Below, in pieces: positions 9,075 to 19,932 of a DNA stretch of 64,000 bases. The position numbers were made by a program, and so were the translations under genes. Location of the stretch: assembly GCA_028284905.1 (NCBI GenBank), contig JANQQU010000060.1:147226-211225 (forward strand), read 5' to 3'. The notes below the pieces were generated by a model, which saw only the letters and a list, made by a program, of their open reading frames with translations, was not told the DNA's origin and searched no databases. How positions within the stretch are numbered: position 1 is the first letter of the stretch; every line of letters starts with the position of its first letter. The DNA is from Calditrichia bacterium. GTDB taxonomy: Bacteria > Calditrichota > Calditrichia > RBG-13-44-9 > J075.

Positions 9075-10832
9075 CTACCCGGGATAACTCAAGGTCACTT
9101 TCTGCCACTCCCTCACCGAATTAATGCGATATATTTCCTTAGCCTGCTTCAGCACAAATAATGGCAAAACGGATTCTTCAATTATGCCCTTGTCTAAAAG
9201 GTATTGGCGAAAACATCCGTTTAGCAATCCGCAATCAACCGGTGGCGTGAAGAATTTGTCATTTACTTTCACAACAAGATTTCCATTGCAGAATTCGGTC
9301 AATTCACCGCTTTCATTCCACAGTAGCACATCCGCTTTGCCAGCATTTGCCTCCAGGAACTCGGTATAAACTTCTCTTCGGGTAGTTTTATGGTAGAGGA
9401 ATGGATCATTGGAAGTGATTGAGGATTCCGCAATTGCAGCGGAAAGGGCTTCTTCCATATCCGGTTCTTCCAGAGGATAGGTTTCTGTATGAAGACTGCC
9501 GTCAGAAGCGGCAAGCAGCCTGATACGATATTGCGTTTCAGCAAACTCTTCCGTCAATCGCTCCAGTTCCGCCAAGACTGCATTTTCATCGAATACAAAA
9601 TCGAAGAACAACGCGCTTTCCGCCATACGCTGTAAGTGATACTGCAGGAGATAAAATCCATCTTTGACGGACCAACGCAAGGTTTCCAGGAGTGAAAAGT
9701 TACGTTGGAAAGGCTTGCGAATTGCCGCGGATTTCAAGCGACATTCCTCGTATTCCTTCTCCGCCAGGGAATCCCAAACGATGCCGCTGCCAGCGCCGTA
9801 AGTTAATGTTTTATCTAATTTTCGCACCAAAGCAGTTCGGATTGCAACATTAAATTGCGCATCTCCCTGCGGCGTGATAAAACCGATGTTTCCGGTGTAA
9901 ATATTCCGCTCAGATGTCTCCAGGTCATTGATAATCTCCATCGTTCGGATCTTCGGTGCGCCGGTGATTGATGCACATGGAAAAAGCGCCCGGAAAATAT
10001 CGGTAATGCCGGCGTCGCTCTCCGCCTGTACCGTTGAGGTCATCTGCCAGAGCGTCGGGTATTTTTCGGCAACAAAAGCTTCGATTACCTGAACACTGCC
10101 GACGTCAGCGATTCGGCCAAGATCATTGCGTAACATATCAACAATCATCGCATTTTCAGCGCGTTCCTTTTCCGACGCCAAAAGCTGCTCCCTGGCACGC
10201 AAATCAGCCTCCCGGTTAATACCGCGATGTGCAGTGCCTTTCATAGGTCGGGTAATTAACTGTCGCCCATTCTTTGTAAAAAAAAGTTCCGGAGAGGCCG
10301 AGCAGATATAATAATCCGGTAAATTCAGGAAAGCACCATAAACTGCATTGGCAGACATTCCTCGAAAAAGTTGCCAGGGATCATCATCCAAAATTCCCTG
10401 AAAGCGCAAAGTGTAATTCACCTGGTAGGTATCTCCCTCGGCGATAAAAGCCTTGATCCGCTCAATTGACCAGAGATAATCTTCAGCCGAAGTGTCCAGT
10501 TGCAGCTCCCGCGGCACCACGACTTTATCACTCTCGATGACTGCGGCAGGAACGATTTCAGGGGATTCATAAATACCAAACCATAATAGCGGCAGGTTAT
10601 CATCGGGAGGATATGTTACAAAGGATTTATCAAACGCAGCGGCAGCTTCGTAGGTAAGGAAGCCTGCTGCATAACGATTGTTGGCGGAATGATTTTCAAC
10701 CCGTTGAAGGCAGTTTACAACCTCATCGAGCCGGGTGGTCTGCACAATTTCAACCGGTGAAGAAAAGTGCCACCAGCAGGATTGCCGGGCGTTGTAAATG
10801 AGAAGACTATTTGTTTCTGGCTGCTTGTTCAT
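9075..10832 (-). CDS. pabB: Fused aminodeoxychorismate synthase component I (PabB) and aminodeoxychorismate lyase (PabC, aminotransferase class IV), for p-aminobenzoate/folate synthesis.
   Basis: N-terminal chorismate-binding region ('PMKGTAHRG', 'SITGAPKIRTMEII', 'YTGNIGF'). The C-terminal ~200 aa has class-IV aminotransferase character. Confidence 0.75.
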   Translation of the reverse strand: MNKQPETNSLLIYNARQSCWWHFSSPVEIVQTTRLDEVVNCLQRVENHSANNRYAAGFLTYEAAAAFDKSFVTYPPDDNLPLLWFGIYESPEIVPAAVIESDKVVVPRELQLDTSAEDYLWSIERIKAFIAEGDTYQVNYTLRFQGILDDDPWQLFRGMSANAVYGAFLNLPDYYICSASPELFFTKNGRQLITRPMKGTAHRGINREADLRAREQLLASEKERAENAMIVDMLRNDLGRIADVGSVQVIEAFVAEKYPTLWQMTSTVQAESDAGITDIFRALFPCASITGAPKIRTMEIINDLETSERNIYTGNIGFITPQGDAQFNVAIRTALVRKLDKTLTYGAGSGIVWDSLAEKEYEECRLKSAAIRKPFQRNFSLLETLRWSVKDGFYLLQYHLQRMAESALFFDFVFDENAVLAELERLTEEFAETQYRIRLLAASDGSLHTETYPLEEPDMEEALSAAIAESSITSNDPFLYHKTTRREVYTEFLEANAGKADVLLWNESGELTEFCNGNLVVKVNDKFFTPPVDCGLLNGCFRQYLLDKGIIEESVLPLFVLKQAKEIYRINSVREWQKVTLSYPG

Positions 10833-10947
10833 CCACCTGCTTTCCTTAAAATCCGGGCGTAATATAAGCGATCTATTCCGGACAGAAAGCTAAAAAATGG
10901 TTCTCTGACATATTTTGTGATCAAGTATTATTCGTAATACCTTATAT

Positions 10948-11135
10948 GTAACCCTTTCAGGGTAAAACGCTTTCGGGGATTTTAACCGTGGGCTGGTAAG
11001 ACTTTCAGCCCACGGTTAAAACCTGTAACCGCTTTGCGGTAAAAATACGCCGAAGGCGTTGCATATCTCAACCGGGGGGCATGCGTGAGCCCCCCGGTTG
11101 AGATAAAACTTTTTTACCAACCCTGAAGGGGTTAC
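10948..11135. repeat. Compound palindromic intergenic element (MITE/REP-like or structured RNA). 17-bp terminal inverted repeats enclose three internal hairpins.
   Basis: Terminal inverted repeat: 'gtaaccctttcagggt' (10948-10963) against 'aaccctgaaggggttac' (11119-11135), 16/17 match. Internal stems: 14-bp 'ttaaccgtgggctg/cagcccacggttaa' (10982-11019), 'acgccgaaggcgt' (11046-11058), and 15-bp 'tctcaaccggggggc/gccccccggttgaga' (11066-11103). Confidence 0.5.
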
Positions 11136-11202
11136 AGAGTTTTTTTGTTAAATATTGTCAGTAAATACATTTTCACAAAATTTGTCAAAACACGAAAAAC
11201 TT

Positions 11203-12465
11203 TTAACGGCTATAGCGATCGACAGCAAGCATGGAAATGTCCATTCCGGTTTTTCCATCGTTGATAATTTCCGAAACTAATTTCCCGGAAATCGGTGCGG
11301 TAGACATCCCAATCATCGCATGACCGGCTGCAATTGTCAGATTGAAAAACTTCTTGCTGCGCCCGATATAAGGCAATCCATCCGGTGAGCATGGTCGAAG
11401 GCCTGCCCAAATTTGGGCATCTTCCAGCATCACCGGCTCATTTTTGATATATTGGGGCACTGCCCGAAGTATGGCACGAATCCGCCGGCGGTTAATACTC
11501 AAATCATTTCCTGCTAGCTCCATTGTGCCGGCCAGGCGAAGGTTTTCTCCCATCGGGGTTACAGCCACTTTCGCTTCTGCGAGCAACAGCGGATAACGCG
11601 GCTTAACATCCGTTCGATAAGTTACGCTATATCCTTTTCCGGCTTGCATCGGAATGCTAATGTCGAGAGATTTTACCAATTCCTCAGACCAGACGCCACC
11701 CGCGACGACAACTTCATCAGCGCTAAAATTTCCCCGGCTTGTTTCAACCTCGGCGATTCGCTTATTACTGGTAAGCAATCCCGTTACTTCAGTATCAGGG
11801 AGAATTACCACGCCTTCCTGCCGCAGCCACTCCAACAATCCCTGATTGAACTTCGCAGGTGTAAAATGCGCATCTTCCTCTAAAAAGGCACCACCTTTGG
11901 CCAGACAATTCATCGCCGGGTCAATGGTGCGAATTTCTTCCTGCGTCTTCATGATTGCGTTTAAACCGACTTCACGCGCACCTTCCACCATTTCGATGCA
12001 TTCCCGATAGCCTTTGTCGCCAAGATAGAGGAGAAATAACCCCAGTTTTTCCAGGTCGAAATTTACCGGTAAAACCTCCTCCAGTTCATCGAATAATGAC
12101 CGGCTGGCCATATTTAAATTGCGCAGCAAAGGCATGGAGCGTTGCACGTGTGCTTCGTTGCAGGAGCGGCTAAATTTCCAAAGCCAGGAAAGCAGGTCGC
12201 TGTTAAAACGTGGTTTGATATAAAAAGGGCTTTCAGGATTGAACATCCATTTCAGACCCTGGGTAATCACCCCGGGCGCGGCAAGGGGCACAAAGTGGCT
12301 GGGGACGATTAACCCGGCGTTGCCAGATGAACATCCATCGGCAATTCCCCCTTTTTCCAGAATTGTAACTTTACAACCGGATTTTTTTAGATAGTAAGCT
12401 GCGCAGAGCCCCACTGCGCCACTGCCGACTATTACGACATCGGTTTGCTCCATATATTTCTCCAC
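11203..12465 (-). CDS. FAD-dependent D-amino-acid / D-hydroxyproline dehydrogenase (DadA/HypO-like).
   Basis: N-terminal FAD motif 'VVIVGSGAVGLCAAYYL'; DAO-family length of 420 aa; sits in the operon with the hydroxyproline epimerase. Confidence 0.75.
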   Translation of the reverse strand: MEKYMEQTDVVIVGSGAVGLCAAYYLKKSGCKVTILEKGGIADGCSSGNAGLIVPSHFVPLAAPGVITQGLKWMFNPESPFYIKPRFNSDLLSWLWKFSRSCNEAHVQRSMPLLRNLNMASRSLFDELEEVLPVNFDLEKLGLFLLYLGDKGYRECIEMVEGAREVGLNAIMKTQEEIRTIDPAMNCLAKGGAFLEEDAHFTPAKFNQGLLEWLRQEGVVILPDTEVTGLLTSNKRIAEVETSRGNFSADEVVVAGGVWSEELVKSLDISIPMQAGKGYSVTYRTDVKPRYPLLLAEAKVAVTPMGENLRLAGTMELAGNDLSINRRRIRAILRAVPQYIKNEPVMLEDAQIWAGLRPCSPDGLPYIGRSKKFFNLTIAAGHAMIGMSTAPISGKLVSEIINDGKTGMDISMLAVDRYSR

Positions 12466-12501
12466 TCAAATCAATCCCGCAAAACGGGAAGCCAGACGTC
12501 A

Positions 12502-13503
12502 TTAAACGACTTGAAAACCATGTGCATAAGGGTCGTCATCGTCGATAAATATCGTATTAATACCGGTAACTTTCGCCCATCCTTCGATGCTGGGAATAAT
12601 TGCCGGTTTTTCACCGACCATGGTTTCATCTTCAACTTTGCCCCGAAAAAGACTGCCAATAATGCTTTCATGAACAAAAGACTCGCCCTTTTTTAATTTC
12701 CCCTTTGCTGCCCACTGCGCCATTCTCGCTGAAGTCCCGGTACCACAAGGAGAACGGTCAATCGCTTGATCTCCATAAAACACCGCATTGCGGGCATCGG
12801 CTTCGTCAGTTTTCGGTTTCCCCGTCCATTGAATATGGCTAAGGCCGCAGATGGTTTCATTCTCCGGATGCACAAAGGAATACTTCTCATTCAGCGATTT
12901 CCTGAGGATAGGACTTAGCCGCAACAGATCTCCGACGGTCAGTTCGGCCATATCCGGTAATTTTTCCTGGGCATCTACAATCGCATAAAAGTTGCCACCA
13001 TAAGAGACATCGACCTTTAAAGTGCCAATACCGGGACATTCCACTGTCAAGTCGGTAGCCTCCAGGAAAGAGGGAATATTGACAATCCGTACAGACTGCA
13101 CTTTATTGCCCTTTTTCTGATAGTAAGCATCCACACGCCCTGCCGGCGTATCCAGTCGCAACAGACCTTCATTCTTTGGCGTTACCAGCCCTCTTTCAAT
13201 CAGAACCGTCACAGTGCCAATTGTGCCATGGCCACACATGGGTAAACAACCGCTGGTTTCAATAAAAAGAATCGCCACATCGCAATCGGGACGCGTAGAC
13301 GGGTAGATAATGCTGCCGGACATCATATCATGCCCGCGGGGCTCGAACATTAAGCCGGTACGTACCCAGTCATAATCTGACAGAAAGTGCTGCCGCCGCT
13401 CGCTCATGCTACTGCCTTCCAGAAAAGGACCACCTCCGGCGACGACCCGAACTGGATTACCACAGGTATGGGCATCAACACAAAAATAGGTATGACTTGC
13501 CAT
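12502..13503 (-). CDS. 4-hydroxyproline 2-epimerase (proline racemase family, Cys/Cys type).
   Basis: Proline racemase fold. Both catalytic positions are Cys ('MCGHGTIG' and 'SPCGTGTSA'), so it is a racemase/epimerase rather than the Thr-type dehydratase. The operon context supports hydroxyproline epimerase. Confidence 0.75.
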   Translation of the reverse strand: MASHTYFCVDAHTCGNPVRVVAGGGPFLEGSSMSERRQHFLSDYDWVRTGLMFEPRGHDMMSGSIIYPSTRPDCDVAILFIETSGCLPMCGHGTIGTVTVLIERGLVTPKNEGLLRLDTPAGRVDAYYQKKGNKVQSVRIVNIPSFLEATDLTVECPGIGTLKVDVSYGGNFYAIVDAQEKLPDMAELTVGDLLRLSPILRKSLNEKYSFVHPENETICGLSHIQWTGKPKTDEADARNAVFYGDQAIDRSPCGTGTSARMAQWAAKGKLKKGESFVHESIIGSLFRGKVEDETMVGEKPAIIPSIEGWAKVTGINTIFIDDDDPYAHGFQVV

Positions 13504-13532
13504 ATTTCCTCACATAAAATCTGCTGGTGCCA

Positions 13533-14201
13533 TCAGGCATTCAGCAATGTTGTTCGCGTGAACTCACTTAAATAGTCGATTAAGGCATCCGATACCGCTT
13601 CAGCAACATTCTCTTCGCCAGAGGCGACAGCAGTCATTAATTCGGCATGTAGATTCGCCACTTTATTCAAATCACCGTCATTTTGATAATAATACCAAAA
13701 GCGGCGGCAATGTGCATGTAGCGGCGCCAGTGCCTGAATTGCAAAAGGGTTTCGACAGGCGGCGGCAAGGATCTCATCACAAAGGCGATCCTTGCGCAGG
13801 AATTCGGAAAGATCATTCTCTTTAGCGGCGCGAACCATTGTTGGTGCGCATTCACGGAGGGTATTTCGTTGTTCCGGCGTTGCCAGCCGGGCTGCCCGGG
13901 CTGCCACCAGCTTATCCAGTACCCGGCGGGTTTCCAGCAACGTCAGTTGCTCTCCGATATTGATATCTGTAACCATCATACCACGGCGTGGGATGGCGAC
14001 AACGAGGCGATCATACGACAAACGCTGCAATGCTTCCCGCACAGGTGTTCTGCCAATATTCAGTGCTTGATGCAGTTCGGCTTCTGAAAAAACCTTGCCC
14101 GGGGGCAGGGCAAGTGTTACGATCATCTCTTCAATGAGATTATACGCTCTATCCGCCAAGCTTTCAGCAGATAAACCTTGTTGTGATTTAACAATATTCA
14201 C
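13533..14201 (-). CDS. GntR/FadR-family transcriptional regulator.
   Basis: N-terminal winged HTH ('VFSEAELHQALNIGRTPVREALQRL') with a FadR-type C-terminal domain. Confidence 0.8.
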   Translation of the reverse strand: MNIVKSQQGLSAESLADRAYNLIEEMIVTLALPPGKVFSEAELHQALNIGRTPVREALQRLSYDRLVVAIPRRGMMVTDINIGEQLTLLETRRVLDKLVAARAARLATPEQRNTLRECAPTMVRAAKENDLSEFLRKDRLCDEILAAACRNPFAIQALAPLHAHCRRFWYYYQNDGDLNKVANLHAELMTAVASGEENVAEAVSDALIDYLSEFTRTTLLNA

Positions 14202-14318
14202 TCAGCAATCCTTTAAGCCCGTTGCAATATTCGTCAGTCATTAATGCACCGGAAAATAATCGCGCGGGGCCGTTATGTCAAACCGGAAATTATCTGAAAA
14301 CAATTTCCGGTTTTTTTA

Positions 14319-15227
14319 TTAATAGCGGGAAAGGTCTGGTCGCACAGCCAAAGCATCACGAATAACCTTTTCCACGTGCTTCCGTTCTTCTCCAACAAGA
14401 GCAAGCCGTGGCGGACGCACCCGGTCGTTTCCGCAACCGACGATTTCTTCTGCCAATTTGATGTTCTGCACCAATTTCGTGGAGACATCCAGATGAAGCA
14501 GCGGCATAAACCAGCGGTAAATTTCACGAGCTTCCTTAACACGGCCCGCCATCGCTAATTCGTAAATTTTAACTGTTTCTTTCGGAAAGGCGCAAACAAG
14601 ACCGGCGACCCATCCGACAGAACCCATCAGAATGCTTTCGAAAGCGATATTATCTACACCGCAAAAAATTTGATAGCGTTCCGTGCCAACGATATTAATA
14701 ATATCGGTTACCCGGCGAATATTATCGGAAGATTCCTTGATTGAAGTGAATTTAGGCTCTTCAGCCAATTCCGCAAACATTTCCGGTGTCACATCTACCG
14801 TATAAGCGACCGGATTATTGTAGATCATAATCGGCAGGTCGGAAGCGGCAGCGATTGTCCGCAGATACTGCATTGTTTCCCGGCGATCCGAAGGATAGCG
14901 CATTGGCGGTAAAACCATCAAGCCATCCGCCCCTTCTTTTTCGGCACGGCTGGCGAAAGTACAAGCATCGACAGTGGAAGCTTCTGCCAATGTTAAAATA
15001 ACCGGCACCTTGCCACTACTAACCGACTTGGCGACCTGAAAAACCTCGAATTTTTCATCCATGGTAAGCGTGCTATTCTCTCCCAAAGAACCACAACAAA
15101 TAAGGCCGTGCACCCCACCCTCGAGTTGATAATTAAAACCACGCTCCATTTCTGCATGATCGAGACTAAAATCTTCTTTAAACTTGGTTGTTACTGCCGG
15201 ATAAACACCTGCCCATTTTCCACTCAT
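14319..15227 (-). CDS. DapA/DHDPS-family lyase, likely 1-pyrroline-4-hydroxy-2-carboxylate deaminase (HypD-like).
   Basis: DHDPS-fold N-terminus 'GVYPAVTTKF', 302 aa. Context: a hydroxyproline epimerase and a D-Hyp dehydrogenase lie downstream in the same orientation. Confidence 0.7.
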   Translation of the reverse strand: MSGKWAGVYPAVTTKFKEDFSLDHAEMERGFNYQLEGGVHGLICCGSLGENSTLTMDEKFEVFQVAKSVSSGKVPVILTLAEASTVDACTFASRAEKEGADGLMVLPPMRYPSDRRETMQYLRTIAAASDLPIMIYNNPVAYTVDVTPEMFAELAEEPKFTSIKESSDNIRRVTDIINIVGTERYQIFCGVDNIAFESILMGSVGWVAGLVCAFPKETVKIYELAMAGRVKEAREIYRWFMPLLHLDVSTKLVQNIKLAEEIVGCGNDRVRPPRLALVGEERKHVEKVIRDALAVRPDLSRY

Positions 15228-15327
15228 GACGTTCTCCTATTATTAATATTTAATTGATATACTTGTAATATATCAGCAACAAGAAAACTTGTCAAGGAGA
15301 TTATTCCCTTTTTTGAAAAGAATGGAT

Positions 15328-18300
15328 TTACTTGGAATTATTTGAGTTAAGAGACAGTTTTTCGATTTGCCGCTTGAGAGCGCCAGCCAGTTCTTCTGCA
15401 TTAATCGGCTTGGAGATATAGTCATCCATGCCGGCTTCGATACACTTTTCCCGGTCCCCTTTCATGGCGTGGGCCGTCATAGCAATTATAGGAATCGTAT
15501 GGTTAAGGACATGCGATCCGGGATTTCGAATCACCTTTGTTGCCTGGTACCCATCCATCTCTGGCATTTGAACATCCATCAACACCAGATCGTAGGGAAT
15601 CGTTTCCAGTGCTGTCACCGCTTCCCTTCCGTTAAACGCGACGTCGGCAGTCAACCCCAGCTTCTCCAGCATTTTCAGGGCAACTTTTTGATTCACGGCA
15701 TTGTCTTCAACCAATAAAAGGCGAGTTTTTCGGCGGCGCTCTTCGGCGAGTGAATGGCGGGTAATAATCGGCTCGCTGACATCGACCAATTCTGTATTTT
15801 TATTACGAATAACAGCTTCGATACAATCAAACAGCTGCATATGTTTAATCGGCTTTAACAGATAGGCGGAGAAACCAATGGTCTTCAGCTTGCCGGCATC
15901 TCCCCGCTCCCCTACTGAGGTTAGCATGACCATAATTGTTTCTTTTAATTGCGCATCCTGCTTTACCAGTTCCCCAAGAGATTTTCCATCAATCTCCGGC
16001 ATAAGCATGTCGGTAATGACAATATGAAATGGATCATTGTCGTTTGCGGCAGCCTTCAGTTTTTCCAGCGCCTCGCTGGCACTGGCAGCTTCATCGTATC
16101 TGCATCCAAACAACTTCAGCTGTTCCCGCAATACAAAGCGGTTGATCTCATAATCGTCAACAAGCAAAATGTGCTGCTCCCTTACCTGGTCCATGTATTC
16201 ACGATCCAGCTTTCGAGGCTGCGTTTGCTTTTCAAACTTACTGGTGAAAGTAAATGTCGATCCTTTCCCGACTTCACTTTCAACCGCAACGCCTCCTTCC
16301 ATCATCTCCACCAATTGCCGGACGATGCTTAGTCCAAGGCCGGTGCCTCCATATTTCCGGGTTGTGGAAGTATCCACCTGAGAGAAGGATTTAAATAGAC
16401 GATCCATGCGTTCCGGCGGAATACCGATACCGGTATCGCTTACGGAAAACTCCAATATCGCATGTTCTTTAGTCTCCTCTTTCAGACGGACAGTCAGGAC
16501 GACCTCTCCCCCACTTTCAGTGAATTTCACTGCATTGTTGGTCAGGTTGATGAGAATCTGCTTCAGGCGCCCCGGGTCACCTTTCAGATAAGATGGCACA
16601 TCATGATAAACCAGCGAAGCAAAACGGATACCTTTCTCAAAGGTTTTTAGAGCAAACAGATCACTGATATTTTCCAGAGTTACCCGCAGGTCAAAATCCA
16701 GTGTTTCCAGCTCCAGCTTTCCGGCTTCAATTTTCGAAAAATCCAGAATGTCGTTAATTATCGTCAGCAGATTGTCTGCGCTGGTTCTTACCACTTCCAG
16801 ATACTCCTGCTGTTCGGATGTCAGCGGGCTATCACCGAGCAGGTTTGTCATTCCGACAATACCATTCAATGGGGTGCGAATCTCATGACTCATATTGGCC
16901 AGGAATTCACTTTTTGCCTGCGTTGCAGCTTCGGCAACTTCTTTCGCCACTTTTAATTCCTGATTTGCCGCCCGAAGCTCGGCAGTACGTCCCTCGACCC
17001 GTACTTCCAGCCGCCTGTTTTGTGCTCGAATCAGCTGTGTGCGGTAAAGGTATGCGCCATACACGATTAATCCCAGCAAGAGTAAGAAGCTTATGCGAAA
17101 CCACCACGTCAGCCAAAACGGCGGTGTGACCTGAATTTTTATAGCGGTCCCGGCATCATTCCAGTGCATATCGCTGTTAGACCCTTTCACCCGGAAGGTA
17201 TATTCGCCATGGGGCAGATTGGTATATGTCGCATACTGGCGATTTTCAACATGATTCCACTCTTCCTCAAACCCTTCCATAATGAAAGCGTATTGGTTTT
17301 TTTCCGGTGCAGAATAATCCAAAGCGGCAAACTCGAAAGTTACGACATTATCCTTGTATGAGAGGGTGACTTCATCGGTTAGAGAAATGACCTGATCCAG
17401 CAACTTGCGGCCGTCCCGCAATGCGATTCCCGGTTGCACCGGGCGGTTAAATATCCGTAGTTCGGTAATAACCACCGGCGGCATAAACCGATTATCAGAA
17501 ATGCTGTCGGGATAAAACCGGCTAAACCCATTCATGCCGCCAAAGAAAAACTCGCCCAGTTCATTTTGTTGATATGCCAGATTAAACTCATTACTCTGCA
17601 AACCATCTGCGGCATAGTAATTTTTAATTTGACGAGATTCCGGGTCGAGGCGCGCCATGCCAGCATTTGTTGTCATCCAGATATTGCCATCGGCATCATC
17701 AAGGATGCCAAAAACTGAATTATTCGGTAATCCATCGGCAGTTGTATAATATGTGAAAGTGCCTTCATCCCGGTTGAATAAATTTATGCCCCCATCTTCA
17801 GTGCCGATCCAGAGGCGTTGGGACCGATCTTCATAGATCGACATTATGGCATCGGAACTGATGGAAGTGGGGTCATCCGGATTATTCGTAAAACAATCAA
17901 CTCGTCCACTTTCCCGGTCCAGCCGGCACAACCCGCTTCCCCAGGTACCCACCCAAAGCTCTCCTTGCGAATCTTCGTAAATAGCAAGTATTGCATTACT
18001 GCCGAGCACTTTCGCTTCTCCGGAAAGATTGTTAAACCGATGAAATCGTCCGGAGCCATAGTCATAACGGTTCAGCCCTGCCAACGTCCCTACCCATAAA
18101 TTGCGCTGACGATCTTCATGCATCGAATAAATGGTATTATGTTGCAAGCTATACGGATTCGCAGGATTATGATAAAAAGTGCTAAACTTTTCCTGGCTCT
18201 CGTCAAGCATATTCAAACCATTGGCAGTACCAACCCAAACTCTCCCAAGATAGTCTTGAGTAATGTACCAAACCCGGTTATTGCTTATGCTTCCCGGTTG

Positions 18301-19581
18301 TCGGGGGTTATAGCGATAGTTCTTAAATGAATTATCTTTACTATTAAACTGGCTAATGCCTCCCAGGGTGCCCAACCAGAGCATTTCACTGCGGCGCGTA
18401 TCGCCATGCATTGTGTATACACGGTTATCCACCAGGCTGTTCTCATTTCGTGGATCATTCCGGTAGGTCCGAAAACTTTTCAGCGTTCGGTTGAACTTGT
18501 TCAAGCCACCGCCAAAAGTGCCAACCCACATCACCCCGGAACGATCTTCAAAAACCACAAAAGCCAAATCGCTGCTAAGGCTGTAAAATTTTTCCGATGA
18601 GTATTGGTAATTGTCATAGTTCCCATTAGATCTATTAAAAGCAACCAACCCCTTTTCTGTTGCCAGCCAAAGCGTTCCCAGGTGATCTTCGAAAATGTCT
18701 CGTATCGTATTATGTGCAAGGCTTTTCGGGTGATCCGGATGAAGGAATTGATAAAATTTTCCTGCCGCCCGATCGAACCAACAAAGGCCACCTCCACCGG
18801 TGCCAATCCAAAGTTTACCGTCCTGGTCTTCGAAGATTGAGTAAACAACATTATTGCTCAAACCAAACGGTGCATTCGGTTTGTAGTCATAATTCCGCAC
18901 TACATTCCGTGATGGCTCGACAACACTCAGGCCAGATTCCGTTCCTACCCAAATTGCCCCGTCCCTGTCTTCGTATACGACTCGCACCCGATTTCCAACA
19001 ATACTCAAACTGCTTTCAGGATTGTGCATAAACCGTTGTATTTTTCCACTCTCGCGGTCGAGGCGATTCAGACCATACAGGGTGCCGATCCAAATATCAC
19101 CGTTTTTATCCCGGAGAACAGAAGTGACCCGGTTGTTACTGAGGCTGGTTGAATCCCGTGGATCATTGGCGTAATTAATAAACTGTTGCCGGGAATAATC
19201 AAAATGACTGACCCCATTACTCCAGGTACCGATCCACAAACTACCGGAAGGATCGACGGCAATCGACTGAATATTATTGCCGGCAAGGCTGGCCGGATTT
19301 CCGGCTTCGCTGCGATAAACCTGGAAGCGAACGCCATCATAACGATTCAGTCCATCCTGTGTACCGAACCACATAAACCCAAGGCTATCCTGGGCAATAC
19401 AGCTAACCGAGCTCTGAGAAAGGCCATCCTCAATTAATATTTTCTGGAATTTTATATCCGGAGCGGCATGCAATACCACAGAGAATAACAGCAAGACTGC
19501 ATATATATAGCATGAAGAAACCACACGATTACAGAACGCAGTATTTTTGACATAAAGATTGTAATGGTGAAGCAAATGCAC
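15328..19581 (-). CDS. Hybrid sensor histidine kinase: periplasmic two-component-regulator propeller (Reg_prop) repeats + Y_Y_Y domain + TM + HisKA/HATPase + two C-terminal receiver domains.
   Basis: Repeated 'LWIGT..GL..Y/F' propeller blades across ~750 aa. Phosphoacceptor box '[12 protein letters not shown]'. ATPase 'DTGIGI', '[10 protein letters not shown]'. Two REC domains ('[10 protein letters not shown]...DMLMPEIDG' and '[10 protein letters not shown]...DVQMPEMDG'). Confidence 0.85.
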   Translation of the reverse strand: MHLLHHYNLYVKNTAFCNRVVSSCYIYAVLLLFSVVLHAAPDIKFQKILIEDGLSQSSVSCIAQDSLGFMWFGTQDGLNRYDGVRFQVYRSEAGNPASLAGNNIQSIAVDPSGSLWIGTWSNGVSHFDYSRQQFINYANDPRDSTSLSNNRVTSVLRDKNGDIWIGTLYGLNRLDRESGKIQRFMHNPESSLSIVGNRVRVVYEDRDGAIWVGTESGLSVVEPSRNVVRNYDYKPNAPFGLSNNVVYSIFEDQDGKLWIGTGGGGLCWFDRAAGKFYQFLHPDHPKSLAHNTIRDIFEDHLGTLWLATEKGLVAFNRSNGNYDNYQYSSEKFYSLSSDLAFVVFEDRSGVMWVGTFGGGLNKFNRTLKSFRTYRNDPRNENSLVDNRVYTMHGDTRRSEMLWLGTLGGISQFNSKDNSFKNYRYNPRQPGSISNNRVWYITQDYLGRVWVGTANGLNMLDESQEKFSTFYHNPANPYSLQHNTIYSMHEDRQRNLWVGTLAGLNRYDYGSGRFHRFNNLSGEAKVLGSNAILAIYEDSQGELWVGTWGSGLCRLDRESGRVDCFTNNPDDPTSISSDAIMSIYEDRSQRLWIGTEDGGINLFNRDEGTFTYYTTADGLPNNSVFGILDDADGNIWMTTNAGMARLDPESRQIKNYYAADGLQSNEFNLAYQQNELGEFFFGGMNGFSRFYPDSISDNRFMPPVVITELRIFNRPVQPGIALRDGRKLLDQVISLTDEVTLSYKDNVVTFEFAALDYSAPEKNQYAFIMEGFEEEWNHVENRQYATYTNLPHGEYTFRVKGSNSDMHWNDAGTAIKIQVTPPFWLTWWFRISFLLLLGLIVYGAYLYRTQLIRAQNRRLEVRVEGRTAELRAANQELKVAKEVAEAATQAKSEFLANMSHEIRTPLNGIVGMTNLLGDSPLTSEQQEYLEVVRTSADNLLTIINDILDFSKIEAGKLELETLDFDLRVTLENISDLFALKTFEKGIRFASLVYHDVPSYLKGDPGRLKQILINLTNNAVKFTESGGEVVLTVRLKEETKEHAILEFSVSDTGIGIPPERMDRLFKSFSQVDTSTTRKYGGTGLGLSIVRQLVEMMEGGVAVESEVGKGSTFTFTSKFEKQTQPRKLDREYMDQVREQHILLVDDYEINRFVLREQLKLFGCRYDEAASASEALEKLKAAANDNDPFHIVITDMLMPEIDGKSLGELVKQDAQLKETIMVMLTSVGERGDAGKLKTIGFSAYLLKPIKHMQLFDCIEAVIRNKNTELVDVSEPIITRHSLAEERRRKTRLLLVEDNAVNQKVALKMLEKLGLTADVAFNGREAVTALETIPYDLVLMDVQMPEMDGYQATKVIRNPGSHVLNHTIPIIAMTAHAMKGDREKCIEAGMDDYISKPINAEELAGALKRQIEKLSLNSNNSK

Positions 19582-19932
19582 TTTTTCTACATCTCCTGTC
19601 CGAAAGCGCCATCATTTGTTGGAATTGTAACTCTACAAGTATATTATTCGCAGACTGTTAAATCAAATATATTTTCGCAGGTGCAAATTAATTTTTAACT
19701 CGGGGCGCTGTAGAATCTTTTTTATCTTGACTTTAGTGACAGACTTCTTTAAGTAAAATGCTTCTATTGAGATTCGTTTTAATAATATTGCAACAGGATT
19801 TCAACAAGACTTTCAGATTTTATTTCACTGGATTTTCCTCATTAAGATATGGCCGCATTGTTATTTTCATTTGATTTATCTCATGATAATTTTTTCCGGC
19901 AACAGAAAATGGAGTTGGTAGCGAACTAAACC

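Noticed and set aside
10833-11202. ZTP or THF riboswitch upstream of pabBC (a folate-pathway gene).
   Set aside because: Read on the minus strand, the region lacks the ZTP 'GGGTCGTGAC...CCGGGC' pseudoknot elements. The hairpins are better explained as a palindromic repeat element or terminators.
15949-19437. Multiple plus-strand ORFs of 60-127 aa inside the hybrid kinase gene region (for example 15949-16332, 16818-17129, 18660-19031).
   Set aside because: They are antisense to a 1417-aa ORF with continuous strong domain signal. Their translations are low-complexity with no recognisable motifs.
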